Origin: Macrostomum lignano
Lineage: Eukaryota
DNA length: 64,000 nucleotides
NCBI GenBank assembly: GCA_002269645.1
Contig: NIVC01000386.1
Span: 434,001 to 498,000, forward strand
Direction of reading: 5' to 3'
Shown here: positions 47,488 through 60,644 of the stretch, piece after piece
How positions within the stretch are numbered: the first letter of the stretch is position 1
Layout: every line of letters begins with the position of its first letter
The notes under the pieces: generated by a model
What the model was told of the DNA's origin: nothing
Database searches by the model: none
The model's input: the letters and a program-made list of their open reading frames with translations, nothing else
Position numbers and translations under genes: made by a program

Positions 47488-48500
47488 CGACACCACTTCA
47501 ACGGAAGTCGTTGGTCGCCAGGGGCTAGCGGAATGGGCGGTCTCCTCCGCCTCCTCGCTGCATCCGCCGGACGCCCCCTGCAGCTAAGTCAAGTAAGTCA
47601 AGTTCATGTAGATATCATCATTAGTATAGATGCTATTAAACCTTGAATGGCACTTATGGTCGTAACAACAGGATTTTTGACATATAGAAACTAAAAGGTA
47701 AAAGTCTTATAACATTTTTTATTTTTGATATTTTGCAATACATTTTTTAAAATTTGACTAACAACATCTTCAGTAATCATACTATTTTTGTAGAATATAT
47801 AAACTCAAAAGGCAACAAAGATACAAAAGAAAAGGCAGCCTTATGGTCGTAACATTATGGTCGTAACATATTTTTGTCTGTCAATTCAGTAACTTTGAGG
47901 TACCAATATATTAAAAATATAATAGATTATTTGGTCACCAATACTTTTATCTGATGATGCAAGTACTATACTTTTATCTATAGTTTGTTTCAACCTTCCA
48001 AAGCTTTCTATTTGTTTTTAAAAGGTACACAAACTTAATGATGTCTTTTGCTTAGAAAAATGTCCAAATTTTTACAAAAATGACTTTTTGCCACTTGATA
48101 ACATACTAATCCAACATTTTATCATTCCTTTATTCTTAGATTATAGATATTACACATAAAAAACATTTGGTAAAAAAATGGCTGATAAGGCAATGGCAAG
48201 CAAAAATATTGACTTTTTTCTATTTTCCAAAAATGTTCATCTTAAATGGAATGAGCCTATAGCTTATTAGCTTTTGTAAGATTAGGATTATCCATTTTCT
48301 ATTTTTTTCATTTGAAAAATGTTTAGACATAAGTAGTAAAGTAGTACATATATATATATAAATGTATGTTCATATATATATTGTTAATATATTATATATG
48401 TTCCTAGCATTACTCTTTAATTTTTTTCATTTGTAGTTAAACATTATCACAAGCACTTATAGCAAATTTGTACTATGAAACTAGCAAAAGAATGCATCCA

Positions 48501-48905
48501 GGACTATTTGTCTTCCAGACTATTTGTCTGCCCTAAGCAAATGGCCAGTGGACTATTTGTCTTCCAGACTATTTGTCTGCCCTAAGCAAATGGCCAGTGG
48601 ACTATTTGTCTTCCAGACTATTTGTCTGCCCTAAGCAAATGGCCAGTGGACTATTTGTCTTCCAGACTATTTGTCTGCCCTAAGCAAATGGCCAGTGGAC
48701 TATTTGTCTTCCAGACTATTTGTCTGCCCTAAGCAAATGGCCAGTGGACTATTTGTCTTCCAGACTATTTGTCTGCCCTAAGCAAATGGCCAGTGGACTA
48801 TTTGTCTTCCAGACTATTTGTCTGCCCTAAGCAAATGGCCAGTGGACTATTTGTCTTCCAGACTATTTGTCTGCCCTAAGCAAATGGCCAGTGGACTATT
48901 CGTCT
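48501..48905. repeat. 49-bp tandem repeat, about 8 copies
   Basis: ggactatttgtcttccagactatttgtctgccctaagcaaatggccagt. Confidence 0.97.
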
Positions 48906-50744
48906 ATTGGTGCTAAATAATGGATATGGCATTTACCGACATAGGTTTCTGGACACTTAGGTGACAAGATGCTTTGGCAACAAATGTTTTAGCAACAAGT
49001 CATTTTGGCAATAAATAGTTGTGGTAACTTATAGCATAGCAAGTGCAAGCTTGAGTTCCTAAATTTATTATAGTCATTTTATTGTGTCACTACACAATTG
49101 ATATAGACAAAGACAATAATGCTATTGTATCTACTTTTCTAAACCATGCCACAATAAAAAAATGAAAGCCATTGTATTATAATCTACACAAATAAAAGTT
49201 ATCCTGCTATCAAAAATGAATTTTAGATACTATGCCAATGCAATGTTGCAATGAAAACATGATACACTGGTGGCACGCACCACCACCATAAAAATTCTAA
49301 GAAATTATAAACTTTTAGCAAAGCCAAAATTTTCTTCATTTTTTAAAATTCTAGGATATAATTGTTTGAAAAACATAGGTAAAAACATTTTAGAATCTTC
49401 TTGCTTATTAGTGCAGCACCTCTTAAAGAGTTTTAAAACTTTTCAATTTGGACTGTTTGTCTGCCTGTAGACGAATAGCCAGCAGACGAAGTCTGGTAGG
49501 CCTACCCAAAAGTCAAAGAATGCACTAGGCCCTAAGTTGTATTTTTAATCAATAATATAAACCTTATTTTATAAGTGAGCCAATGAGGTGTCTTGTCTTT
49601 ATACTCATACAATAATAAAGCTTCACTATTTTAATATATGATATTATAGTTTGTGAACACTATAAATCATACTGCCATTGGAATTACTAGATTATAACTA
49701 GGCCTATTAGGAGTAGCTTAGGTTAGGTGGTCGGTTTGGGCCTGGCCTGGCGCAACTTGCTAGGCCTAGGCCTAGATATTTTTGCTTTGCAATTTCTCTG
49801 CATATATACTTGCTGTCGAGGATCTTAGATCTGTCTGCCGATATTTTATACACTAGGGATTTAACGCTTATTAGATAGATTTTACATTATACATACTAGA
49901 TGTACTGTAATTAATGCGTGCTGTTGTGCACATCAAATCACCTATAGTGGTCGTTCTTGTCGCCCCGTCGCAAAATATAGTAGTAAATAGTACTTAAGTT
50001 TGGCTCAGGCAAGAAGCCTGTTTGGCCAATATATTTGACAATAATTCAAGAAGAGTAGAAGGAAATATTTATGCATAGGTAGTGAGGTGGGGGCGGAGAA
50101 ATTGGGTCTTTGAATTGGGGTTTTCTTCGAAAACCGATCGGCGTTGCGTTCGCACGAATAAAGCCGGAAATCGCGCAAAAGAATCACAACGAAATCTTTC
50201 TACTGTTTTACTCCGACAGCCGGGTTCTCAAGTGCGGGGGAAGGGTAGTCGTAATCTTAGCAGAGCGGTCTTGTAGGGGCGCAGCCGTTCAATTGATGAA
50301 ACACCAGAGATTCTGACACCGTAGCTTAATGTGTAGATTTGCTGAGCTGGTTATTTTCAGTGGGGTAGTTGCTGCCACCACCGTAATTTACGTATTACGG
50401 AACGATTCAGTCTCGGAGCTTTCTTTGAGCTGAGAAATTTGGTTATTTTACGCCCCCCGGGCAAATGACTCAAGAAATACTATGGCTTTGGTTCAACGGA
50501 TAAATATAAGGAAGTTCAAGTTTATTGAGTTGCGTTATTATTTAGCAGGCTGGATAAATGGAAAAATTACTTAATCGACTCGACACTATGAGGATGAGAT
50601 GGGGGAGAGGAAGGGTAAGCCAGCGGTAGCAGAAAATCATGTTGCATCGCGTTTAAATATACAAAAGGAATCACGGTTCACAAATTGGAGCGTCGGCTGG
50701 ACATAAACATGGAAGCAAATTCACGCAAAGGGGCATAACACGGG

Positions 50745-51996
50745 CAGTGTTGGGCACTTCCGTTACCGAGTAACTTGCAAATGGTAACGCAAGTTACTTT
50801 TTCGTAAAGCGTTCCTTACGCAAGTTACTTTTTTATTTTAGTAACGGAGTAACGGTAAGTTACTCAAATTTCAGAAGTCCGTTACAGTTACTTTGCAACA
50901 ATCGCAATATTTAAATTTAAAACTGAAATGCTTAGCTATTACGCCGGTTGTCACATGTTTTTGCATTTTTCATTCCTAAATTCAAAATTAAGTGAATAGT
51001 ATCATTTGGTATTGCGCTTTAATTAATGAAGAAATACTTGAAACATGTTTTGCTTTGTTATAATTTCAGTAAAATATTTTTGCCTTTCATTTACGTATGA
51101 AACATTCGCCGACACTTGTTCAGACGCTTCTACAGACACTTTAGTTTCTGTCGTACGAATCGTAGGAACAAGCATTAAATTTGTTTATTCCTTACAAACT
51201 ACCAGTAAACTGCTTTATTTTGGGCTTTTTTTGCTTTATTTTATTAAATATGAATTAGGAAGTGTCCTGGACAAATTTAACATTCTTCTTCACGTGAAGA
51301 GAATCTATGCAGAATAACAAATTTCATGATTCAGATTTAATAAAATAAAGCAAAAAAAGCTTAAAATAAAGCAGTTTACTGGTAGTTTGTAAGGAATAAA
51401 CAAATTTAATGCTTGTTCCTACGATTCGTGTGACAGAAACTGAAGTGTCTGTAGAAGTGTCTGAGTGGGTGTCGGCGAATGTTTCATACGTTTCCATTTT
51501 CAAGTTACTAAAAATTTTCAAGTTTGATTCAAACAAACAACCAAAGAAAGAAATTCATCTGTAGCCTCCACAAGTCCCTCCGCTGGCACTGCAGTACACT
51601 ACACCATTTTATACAGTTATTTATTTTACTTTATTGAATTATTGATATTCGTTTATTTTATCATTTATAATTTTAATTATTGATTGCCATTGCCCATCGG
51701 TCCTTCTACTTGCCTCACATCGTGTCGCCAATTGCTGTCTCTGTCTGTTAATCGGTTAATCCCAATGCCCAATGGCAAATTTCGGTAAAAACAGTGTGAA
51801 AAAAATGTGCAATGTGAAAAAAAGCAGAAAATTTTGTTAATAACATGGGTAACGGAAGTGAGTAACGGACAGTAACTTAAAAGTTACCGGGGTTTTTGTC
51901 TAAAGTTACTAGGCTAACGTAAGTTACTTTTTAAAAATTGGTAACTTAAGTTACAGTAACGCAAGTTACTTTTTTTGAGTAACTTGCCCAACACTG
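50745..51996. mobile_element. hAT-superfamily non-autonomous element (1252 bp)
   Basis: 12-bp perfect TIR CAGTGTTGGGCA/TGCCCAACACTG, perfect 8-bp TSD AACACGGG (50737-50744 and 51997-52004) and subterminal AGTAAC/GTTACT repeats. Confidence 0.93.
51093..51491. repeat. Internal long inverted repeat (163-bp arms, 73-bp spacer) inside the hAT element
   Basis: 51093-51255 is the near-perfect reverse complement of 51329-51491. Confidence 0.92.
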
Positions 51997-52289
51997 AACA
52001 CGGGGCGGCATTCAACACAGAAAAAAAAAACTACGGCTCTCGTCCAGCGTCGGGTAAGCAAATGCATAAAAAGGGAAACGTGCAAATTCAAAGTCGGGAG
52101 TGACATCACTCCAAGTAACGGAAAAACGCAAAATTTCAACTCTAGCATGCAAAAATTCAAAATTGAAAAATTCGCAAATTAAATTACTTCGTGGCAACTC
52201 GCCTGCCACAGTTAGTTTTGCAATAATACAGTATTTGAAAGAGTGCCTAAATTTTTTCTACAAAACTTCAAACGATATTTAACGACTAA

Positions 52290-53330
52290 CGAAGCAAAAA
52301 GCAAAAGCAAAAAAAGCAAAATCGATCATTAAGTATTGGATCGCCGGGTCCGAGAGGAAACAATAGCAGCGTGTTTCCTCGACTATTTGATTCAATCAGA
52401 TCGCGGAAACTCTTGCCCGATGAATCAGTGCAGCGTGGTGAACTGTAACCGCGGTCAAATACCGCCACGACTCGATACCCTTGGCACATTCGCACAGAGT
52501 AGTTTTGTTAGTGCAGCTGGAATGAAATGCTCTCGCTCCATCTCTGTCTGGTAGGTCGCCAGATTTCCATCACTGAGGGCAGGAGATATGGATCTACTGA
52601 GCGGTGCTGCGTAAACTACCTTGCCAGTCGCATTCACTACGACCAGTTTCTTTAAAACGTTGCTACACTTCGGAGCATAGTATGTGCGTTGCTGCAGATG
52701 GTGCTGGCCGCCTTCACCGATGAAAAAGTATGTATGGTCACCGATAAACAAAACAAGCTGCTTATCCCGAACGTATCGTTCAAAAACACCTGCAAAAATT
52801 CGTCCCTGACAACGTTCATCTCCAGGATCGTCTCAATCGGAGCACATGACAGCAGCCTTGGTTGAAAATGGTCGTTGATGTAGTGATCCTTTGCCACCTC
52901 CCAAAAGACTTCACAAGCGCGGCGCGCAGAAATGTTGAAATCGTTTCCTATGCATGGCTTCAAAGCTGACGCCATGGCGGAGTTTTTTCAGGTAAAGAAA
53001 TACTCTGTTCTCTTGACTTAGAAATCTAGTGCGTACTAAGCCAGAGATGAGACTTTTGAAGCTGTCGAAGTTTTCTCGAGACATTCCGACGACTTTTTCA
53101 AAGCGCTTGTCAGCCAAAAGTTCAGAAAAAAGATTCGAGTTAAAAAACTTTTAAACCTTGGTTGAAGAACGCTGCAGCGCATCTCTCACATCTGCGAATG
53201 ACTTGCAGGATCCAAAGGAAGTCACTTCCTTTAAAACCGAACACCTGCATGGTTGTCTGCTGATGTTTCTTGAGGCTGAATTCAGTGCTGAACTGTTTAC
53301 CACATCGATGGCATGCCCAGTCCATGACAA
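52290..53330 (-). mobile_element. Degenerate PIF/Harbinger-ISL2EU-like (DDE_Tnp_4-type) transposase with an upstream C2H2 finger
   Basis: Fragments F..VVGMSRENF..ENRVFLYLKKLRHGVSFE (HTH-like), FIGDHTYFFI..QQRTYYAPKCSNVLKKLVVVNATGKVVY..S..LSDG, AVFDRGY and CHRCGKQFSTEFSLKKHQQT; multiple frameshifts. Confidence 0.6.
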
Positions 53331-54461
53331 AGCTAAGCTACATAGATTGAAAAGTGAAGGAAACAATGAGCCGCAACAGTCGATCAGAAAATGCGCATCA
53401 CCAAATTATTGCACGCATAGATTTCGAAATATAAATGGCTAATGGTCACGCACTTTAGAGTCCAGCATGCTGTCTTGAAGGCTACTGACAAGCGTTTCTG
53501 ACATATAAAATACCTTTCTGCCCAAATATTTTAACACTTTTATAATGATAATTGCAGTATTATTAGCTATGCAATTGTACATGCGGTGCACATATGGGTG
53601 CGGGATTCAGATTGCGTAATCGATACTTAAATGCTCGTCTCCCAGCAAAAAGAAAGTTCAAGGTGTCAGGTAGGGCAATAAAAAGTGAACAACACTCATT
53701 ATAAAATGATCGATATTGGCTAGCCAAGAATTACGTCGGCCCTCGATATAATGAGGATTTCAATATTGAGTCCATAAGATTTAGGCATTTGATTACAAAG
53801 GCACAGCACCCTCGGTATCTCTGTTAGCCTATCTTGCCTACTAATGTATATAATCCCATCAGTACTCGAAATATGGCTCGTAAAAATGATCAACGCAAGA
53901 GGGATGCGGCCCCCGCTTCCATGAGGTTTCTATATAGTCGGTGAAAATGGTTTTACGTTTTCAAAGAAATGAAACTTCTACTAAATTAGTCGTAGCAACA
54001 ACATGTACACACTTAATTTAATTTCATGCAGTAAAACTACACATAATATGTGGACACAAACAGGGTTTTTAATATTTGAAAAGTACATGTAAGTTTTACT
54101 AGCTATTGCAGGACGACATCATCTGAATTGTTGTCCGGAATGTACAATGTTTGTAATATGTAGTCAGATGATTTTAATAATCAAAAATCAAAAATAATAA
54201 TCTATTCCTACTGGTACTTAGCCATTTAAAGAGATACTTAAGAGGGCGCAGTGCAATCCTCCAGCACAGGAACATGCATGTAAATCGTCATAGCCTTAAA
54301 AATTTGATGGCTATGTCTACCTGTTCTGTCCAATGGGACACAGTTAAAACAGCTAGCGCGTCATTGGTGATTACAGCGCTACAAAAACTATAAATTCTCA
54401 TAACGCAGCCGACGCAGGGAAGCCCAAAGCAACAAGTTCTAATAAAAAATCATACATTGCA

Positions 54462-55773
54462 ATGATACTAGTTGGTTTAATACCGCTACTGTTTTTGTGC
54501 TACCCAGCTATAGCATGCGAGCAATGCTCTGCCGTGTATGAGCTTCTGACCAACACCTGTCCGATGAGTGCTCTGTCTGGCCTGGAGCCCGCGACCGCTG
54601 CCGTCGAGTCCGAGTGCGTGCTGCACTGCACTCTGAATAGTTGGTGCCGACTGTCTGTGTACCTGACAGACAGTGGCGCCTGCTACAGACTGCCTGACGT
54701 GACTTTAGTGACTGGCAGCTGCGGCCTGGTGCGAAGGAAACTGGCCATCGTTTCCGGTAAGCTTTTAGCATAGCTGTTGGTGGGGTTAGATCTCATCAAA
54801 CGGTTAGATAATAGGGTAAATAATTGAACTATTATCATTTCACAGACGCATCAACGTCTGCAACTGCCTCAACGATCGGATCAACTGGTTCCACGACCAG
54901 CCCGACCAGCGCAACTGGGACTCAATCTCCGGTCACTGTAGCATCAACCACAATGATGCAGAGTGTCACCACGGCTGCCAATTCGTCCGGATTGTCGAAC
55001 CTGAGCTTCGCGTCAAGCGTACTGCTTTGGTACAACTTTCGAAAGGGTTTCATGAACCTGGCTAATCCTGGTCGTTTAGATGCCTCCCCTTTTGGTGTTG
55101 CGGACCAGAATGCACTCAAAGGAGTTCGCCTCAACGGCTCCTCCGGTTCCTATCTCAATATTCATTCGGCCAACTTTTTCAAAAATTTTAAATCAGGGAA
55201 AAGCTACAGCTTCTTTTTTCAAGGGACTTTCGCTGGCAACGCCTCGTGAGTTTTCAGCAAATTCAATTTTAAAATATTCAGGATTTTTAACGCGTTATTA
55301 ATCATTATTAACCACACAGCGGTTGCATACATTGCAGGCTTCGATGCATCAGTTCGTTTAGCAGCTGCTCGTACAACACCACCGTCAGCCACTTCAGCAC
55401 TGACATCGCTGCCAGGATTTACTCCAAGACCTACTTTTCAGACGGCCCCGATGAATTCACGTATGTGCTTGCAAAAGCAGCTCTTCCGAACAACGGTACT
55501 CAGCAAAGCTACTCTGTTGGACTGGCCTTGATTGGTGGGGAGAAGAGGTATCTGGATGAATGGTACATGAACGGAAGTTTCTACGAAACAGAATCACCAA
55601 ACAATGTCGGCGGCAGCCCCGCCGCCAACTCGACCTTCGACTGCTTGCGCATCGGCAACTGCTTCAGCGCCGGCCCTCGGCCCTACAACGGCTGGCTGCA
55701 GTGCTGGGGGTTTGTCAACAGCACTCTCAGTCTTCCCGAGTTTAACAGCCTTCGCCAATTGTGCAACTCTTAG
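54462..55773 (+). CDS. Secreted PAN/apple-like plus Ser/Thr linker plus LamG/concanavalin-like protein, paralog B (intact, 376 aa)
   Basis: Exons 54462-54756, 54846-55245 and 55338-55773 total 1131 nt with GT-AG sites. Signal peptide MILVGLIPLLFLCYPAIA; same motifs and intron phases as paralog A. Confidence 0.85.
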
Positions 55774-56647
55774 ACTGCGCGGTCTGAATCCACGGCGCAG
55801 CCAAAATGGCCAGGACTTTGTCAGAATTTTGAGAACGTGTCTCGCCAAAATAGCATAGAATTGTCAGTAGTAGGCGTCAAAATATCTTTAAAATTTGAAT
55901 CAACGAGTGGGACCAACCAACTAACAAATAATAACTTGATAGATGCTAGCATAAAAAACTGATGGAAGTTCAGAGAGTAACGTGGTGTAACAAGCAGTGT
56001 AACAAGCATAAGAAGCAGTCCAAATAACTCCTAACTTGCATGTAACTTAAAACTGCCAAGCTGTCTATATCCTTGCAGTTTCCGTTGTTTGCTGAAAATT
56101 AAAGAAACCTTGAAGAAAGTTTTGCCGCTCCCAATATCGATTTTCAAGACTGAGACAAAAGCAAAGGGTAATAAAGGCCTATAGCCGTTACTACAGCAAA
56201 CAAAGGCTCTGTTCTGCTTGTTTGCTTCCCCCTAATAGAGCGACTTTTTCTATAGCTGGGAACAATTTTCACAACTAAGGAAGTCGAACTTCCGATCACG
56301 GGGTTCTGTCTGTCGATTGGGCCTTGAAAAACTTTCCCCAGAAAAAGTATCAGGAGTCATGAGTTAAAACGGACCAGAGAGACTCCACACCGGTTTGCGG
56401 CTAGTGAACCCGGGCATGCATAAAACTGAAGCCAAGTGTTGTTTCAGTTGATTGAAAAGTTGCCTTAAACAAAGTCTATTTTTAAGGCAAACTTGTATTT
56501 GCAGTGTTCTTGGTACAATTAATTTTGTTCAGCGATCAGGTCAGCTAAAAACGTCACCCAACCCAACCTTATTTATTAACGCCAGTCACTCTTGTTAACG
56601 CTTTGCATTCTGCCGTTTAGTCATTTTTTCTATCCTGTCAGCGTGCA

Positions 56648-56741
56648 GCACATTCTGCAATCATTTTGATTTTCCACCATCTGTTTTTACGAAAGCACAT
56701 TCTGCAATCATTTTGATTTTCCACCATCTGTTTTTACGAAC
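56648..56741. repeat. 47-bp direct duplication
   Basis: gcacattctgcaatcattttgattttccaccatctgtttttacgaa occurs twice in tandem. Confidence 0.85.
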
Positions 56742-57859
56742 AGCGCGATCTAAAAGTCACGCATGTCAGCTTTTTATTCTGCACTTGGACAAAAATTTAT
56801 GTTGCCTAAGGCGAGCCCAGAATCGTATCTTATCCTGACTGACAGCCTTTTAAGTACCATTTATTCAATTAACTCAGCTTCAATTCTATACTTTATTTTC
56901 TCGATTTCGTTACGATAAGTCTAATGTTTAATTTTTTAACCCACTTATTTTGTCCCTCTAAGTGAGTAACCAATTTTTCTTTAAATTTTTGGGCTGGCAT
57001 GTAGCCAGCCTCTAAAGTATCTGTCTTCACTCCTTATGGGTATACATGCGTAACATGCGTAATTATGCATCTTTGCCTTAATATTGTCGACTAACTATCC
57101 TGTTATTGATCTTAGTATTATATACATTACGTCTATAGCCCAGTCAATTCTGTCGGTTTCTTGAAGTCAAAGTAATGAAAACTATTCTATTATATACTTT
57201 ATATTCTACGAGTATATTCTAAAAAAACTCTGCCTTCAATTTATTTATACATGACTACATCAAGTGCTACAAGTTTCCGACTTACGAACTATAATGTGAA
57301 GCAAACATGGCAACAAGTGCAGAACAAAGTTGCTGTCATTCAATGCAAACTGTATGGACTGTTTCTCAGTAGAAACATCGAGTGAAATTTTACTTAAATA
57401 AGTTTCCTATCAATAAAGAACTACTGGCCAATTGGCTACAAAATCAATCTCGTGAGTCTTCATTTCAATCCGAAATGAGTTTACGGGCGCGCTCTCGGCA
57501 CTTCATCCCAACAACAAGCTTATCACAGACTATCAGGACGGCAATCCTCGCTAGAAAAGGATATAGTTTAAACACAGCTGCACACCGATGACATGCCATC
57601 TTAATTCACCAAAGCAGCCACCAGTTTTAAGATCAGATGGGCTAAAATTGAGGCACCGGAAAAGACGGATTGGTATGGTACGGCATTTTTATTATGAGAG
57701 TTTTATATTCCAGACTGATGTCTGATGTCCTGTATGCCTGATGTGTCTGATGTGTCTGATGTGCCTGATGTACCTGAAGTGCCTGAAGTGCCTGAAGTGC
57801 CTGATGTGCGCTCTGATGTGTCTCTCGCGCAGTTAACGACATTTGAGGGCCAACCATAA

Positions 57860-58068
57860 TGTGCACAGTAAAGTGTACATGCCTAACGGTAAATAAAGTT
57901 AGGGCCGCTATGCCGCTATACACTCCTGTGTGAGTGTGCATAATACTGCGTACGTATCCATGCGCTTGTGTGTCTGCTAAGGAGAGTCGGCCAAACGGGC
58001 AGTAATGCCTCCCGCCGGTTGTGTGGCAATGTCGCTTTAAAGTGCGTCAGGGGTGCCCAAGGGTCTCT
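57860..58068 (+). mobile_element. Second (5'-truncated or diverged) copy of the SINE at 27457, interrupted by a Tc1-like element
   Basis: agt.aagtgtacatgcctaac..aaagttagggccgct..acactcctgtgtgagtgtg..ggcagtaatgcctc.cgccggttgtgtg is shared; a tail-like tgtctctaaaaa resumes near 58768. Confidence 0.75.
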
Positions 58069-58070
58069 TA

Positions 58071-58751
58071 CCGCTTTTGACGCTCTAGATAAGACTTTAG
58101 ACATTCAAAATAAGACTGCATAGGATCGCAAGCAAGGCCAGGCTAGCCACGGCCAGAGCAAGCTTAGTCTTGGCTGCAGGAATGGCTTGGTCATAGACTA
58201 AAAAATGGAATATCAAAATGAGAATAAGACGCTCAATATAAGACTGAGTGTGAAAGCCTTCAGATATCGCTCGAACCCTCTGACCCTCAGCCAGCTCTCC
58301 TTCTTCACCCCTTGGGTTGCATCTGACCCCTTGGATTTCACTGTGATGGCACCATCGATTCCTGCAGCAGACCGTCAGCGTCTGATCGACGCAGTAAACA
58401 ATGGATCAACCATCCTAGCTGCCGCTCAAATTCTCAAGATCAAGAGAGCGTCCGCCTTTAGGATCGCTGCGGAGTTCCGCCTCCATGGCAGAGTTCTGCT
58501 TCTTGTTTATTGCCTAATTTCTCCTTAGCTGTTTGTATGGTGACTGCCAAAAAGCAAATAAATTACGTTCACTCCCGGTCTCATATTGAGCGTCTTATTC
58601 TCATTTTGATATTCTATTTTTTAGTCTATGGCCAAGCCATTCCTGCAGCCAAGACTGGGCTTTCTCTGGCCGTGGCTAGCCTGGCCTTGCTTGCGATCCT
58701 ATGCAGTCTTATTTTGAATGTCTAAAGTCTTATCTAGAGCGTCAAAAGCGA
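58071..58751 (+). mobile_element. Internally deleted Tc1/mariner-IS630-like element with TIRs of about 180 bp
   Basis: 58072-58255 is the inverted copy of 58568-58750; TA flanks at 58069-58070 and 58752-58753; the spacer encodes MAPSIPAADRQRLIDAVNNGSTILAAAQILKIKRASAFRIAAEFRLHGRV (ATG at 58346), an N-terminal HTH-like segment. Confidence 0.8.
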
Positions 58752-60010
58752 TACTAGAGACAGCCTGCTGTCTCTAAAAAGTGTCTAGATTTCTATGCTA
58801 CATACACAAGCGATATTAATTAGCGGCTGCTGTGTGTACTTTTAGTCGTCTGCTCCAATCAACATCCTTATAAAAAAGATTTCGACTTCTCTCGACTTCG
58901 CTCGAAAGCTTAAAATTTGCTATCTGTCCCTCATTACGAGCTATGCAAAACTTCTACAATGTTTGGTTGGGTGAATCAATCACAAACCTGCAATCTTTTT
59001 ACTATCAGCAGGATGGCTGGTCATGCAATATTGTGAGCCTGTGGTTCTGCGATTATTATGAGCCTTCATAAAGCAGCAAGGTAACAAACTATAAAATGCA
59101 TAATAAATCTAGGAACAGCTTGCAGGTGGCAACAACATCCGAGCCCTTCTGCCCACACCCAGTGCCGGAGGTGCCGATAACGCTGGCACCCCATAATTTG
59201 CCGGCGACCCAGTCTAGAAGTTGTTGCTCCAGTTGCTCCATCAAATTAAAAAATTCAAACGTCCAGTACTAACGCCTTTGGGTTTGAACCACTAACAGAA
59301 ACTTTTTATTTGAGAATAACCAACGGACAAGACAAGGTGATCCCGTAGCCTTTAGTCGCAGGACGGAGAATGCCGCATGTCCTGCATCAGCAAGTGGTTG
59401 ATCTGTAGAGGCGCAGCAGCTCACTCGCTTGTGAGAAAATGACAAGGCAAGGTCTTTCCCACAACAGTGAATTGTGGTGCGACTTTGCAGTGAAATAAAG
59501 CTTTACTCCCTGGCGCCAGGCCCGAATGGGAGTTTTCCTCAACAGCTGTGGGCCGGAAAAGTAGAGAGAAACTTGGACAGATGATTCCCATCTGTGAAGA
59601 TATAGCGTAGAACAATGCTATTCACAAAGGAGGCCTATGCGCTGACAATAGCCATTGTGGTGAGCTGAAGCAGACCGGGGGATCGGACTGTTCTGCCATC
59701 CGGTCACACCTGCCTGTGGGTGAATCGGATGCCCGCCGTGAAAACCCCGACTGAAATTCTGAGGGAAAAGCCTCACCAAAGTTTTTGCAACCGATAGCAG
59801 GTATTTTTAGTCTCACACACGAAACAATTTGCATTAATTTTGCACACATTTGCTTACTGCGGCTCTCAAGAACTCACTGTTACATCTCAAAAAGCAGACT
59901 CAAAGAACAAACAGATGCAGATACAGAGGCAGCCCCATCTCAAATAATAAGCCTTCGTCTATGAACTTTTTTACTGATTTTCATGGTTTTCACTCTCTCC
60001 CTTTTGCACG

Positions 60011-60285
60011 GACAGTGCTTGACTAGATTGACTAGACTAGACTAGACAGTGCTTGACTAGATTGACTAGACTAGACTAGACAGTGCTTGACTAGATTGAC
60101 TAGACTAGACTAGACAGTGCTTGACTAGATTGACTAGACTAGACTAGACAGTGCTTGACTAGATTGACTAGACTAGACTAGACAGTGCTTGACTAGATTG
60201 ACTAGGCTAGACTAGACAGTGCTTGACTAGATTGACTAGGCTAGACTAGACAGTGCTTGACTAGATTGACTAGACTAGACTAGAT
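60011..60285. repeat. 34-bp tandem repeat, about 8 copies
   Basis: gacagtgcttgactagattgactagactagacta. Confidence 0.96.
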
Positions 60286-60644
60286 AGAGCTTGACTAGAA
60301 TTTTGATTAACAGTAGAACAACTACCAAGAGGGGGGATTCTCCCCGGACATTTTTTTGCTGCGCCGGAAAAGAGCAACGCAGGCACACGAAATTAAAGAA
60401 CATGAGCCAACTTTTTGTTGCGCACCTTCTCAAACGAGAATCGAGTCGCCAGCCTTTGGAACCGTCGAGATATTCGGCGATTCTGCCAGAAGGTCGGATT
60501 TTTCCTGTAAGCGCCAGTGTATTCAGTACACCCATGTGCGCCAATGAGCCCCGCGCCTCAGTGCAGCCTTGCCAAGTCTCCAAATTTAATCAGTACATCG
60601 ATCACATGTGTCTGCATCAAAACTGACTTCGTTGGTCACTAGCC

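Larger units (their letters stand above)
41788..47602 (+). mobile_element. Full-length non-LTR retrotransposon of the LOA/Lian-Aa1-like clade (ORF1; APE-RT-RNase H-CCHC)
   Basis: 14-bp TSD ttcatg(c/t)agatatc at 41774-41787 and 47603-47616; 3' tail of aagtc/aagt repeats; two-ORF structure. Confidence 0.93.
41642..48259. mobile_element. Non-autonomous TIR element (about 0.8 kb without the nested LINE) in a TA/TATA target
   Basis: ataggctcattccatataag (41641-41660) versus cttaaatggaatgagcctat (48241-48260) is a 19/20 inverted match; internal ggtcgtaaca motif repeats; TA on both flanks. Confidence 0.7.
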
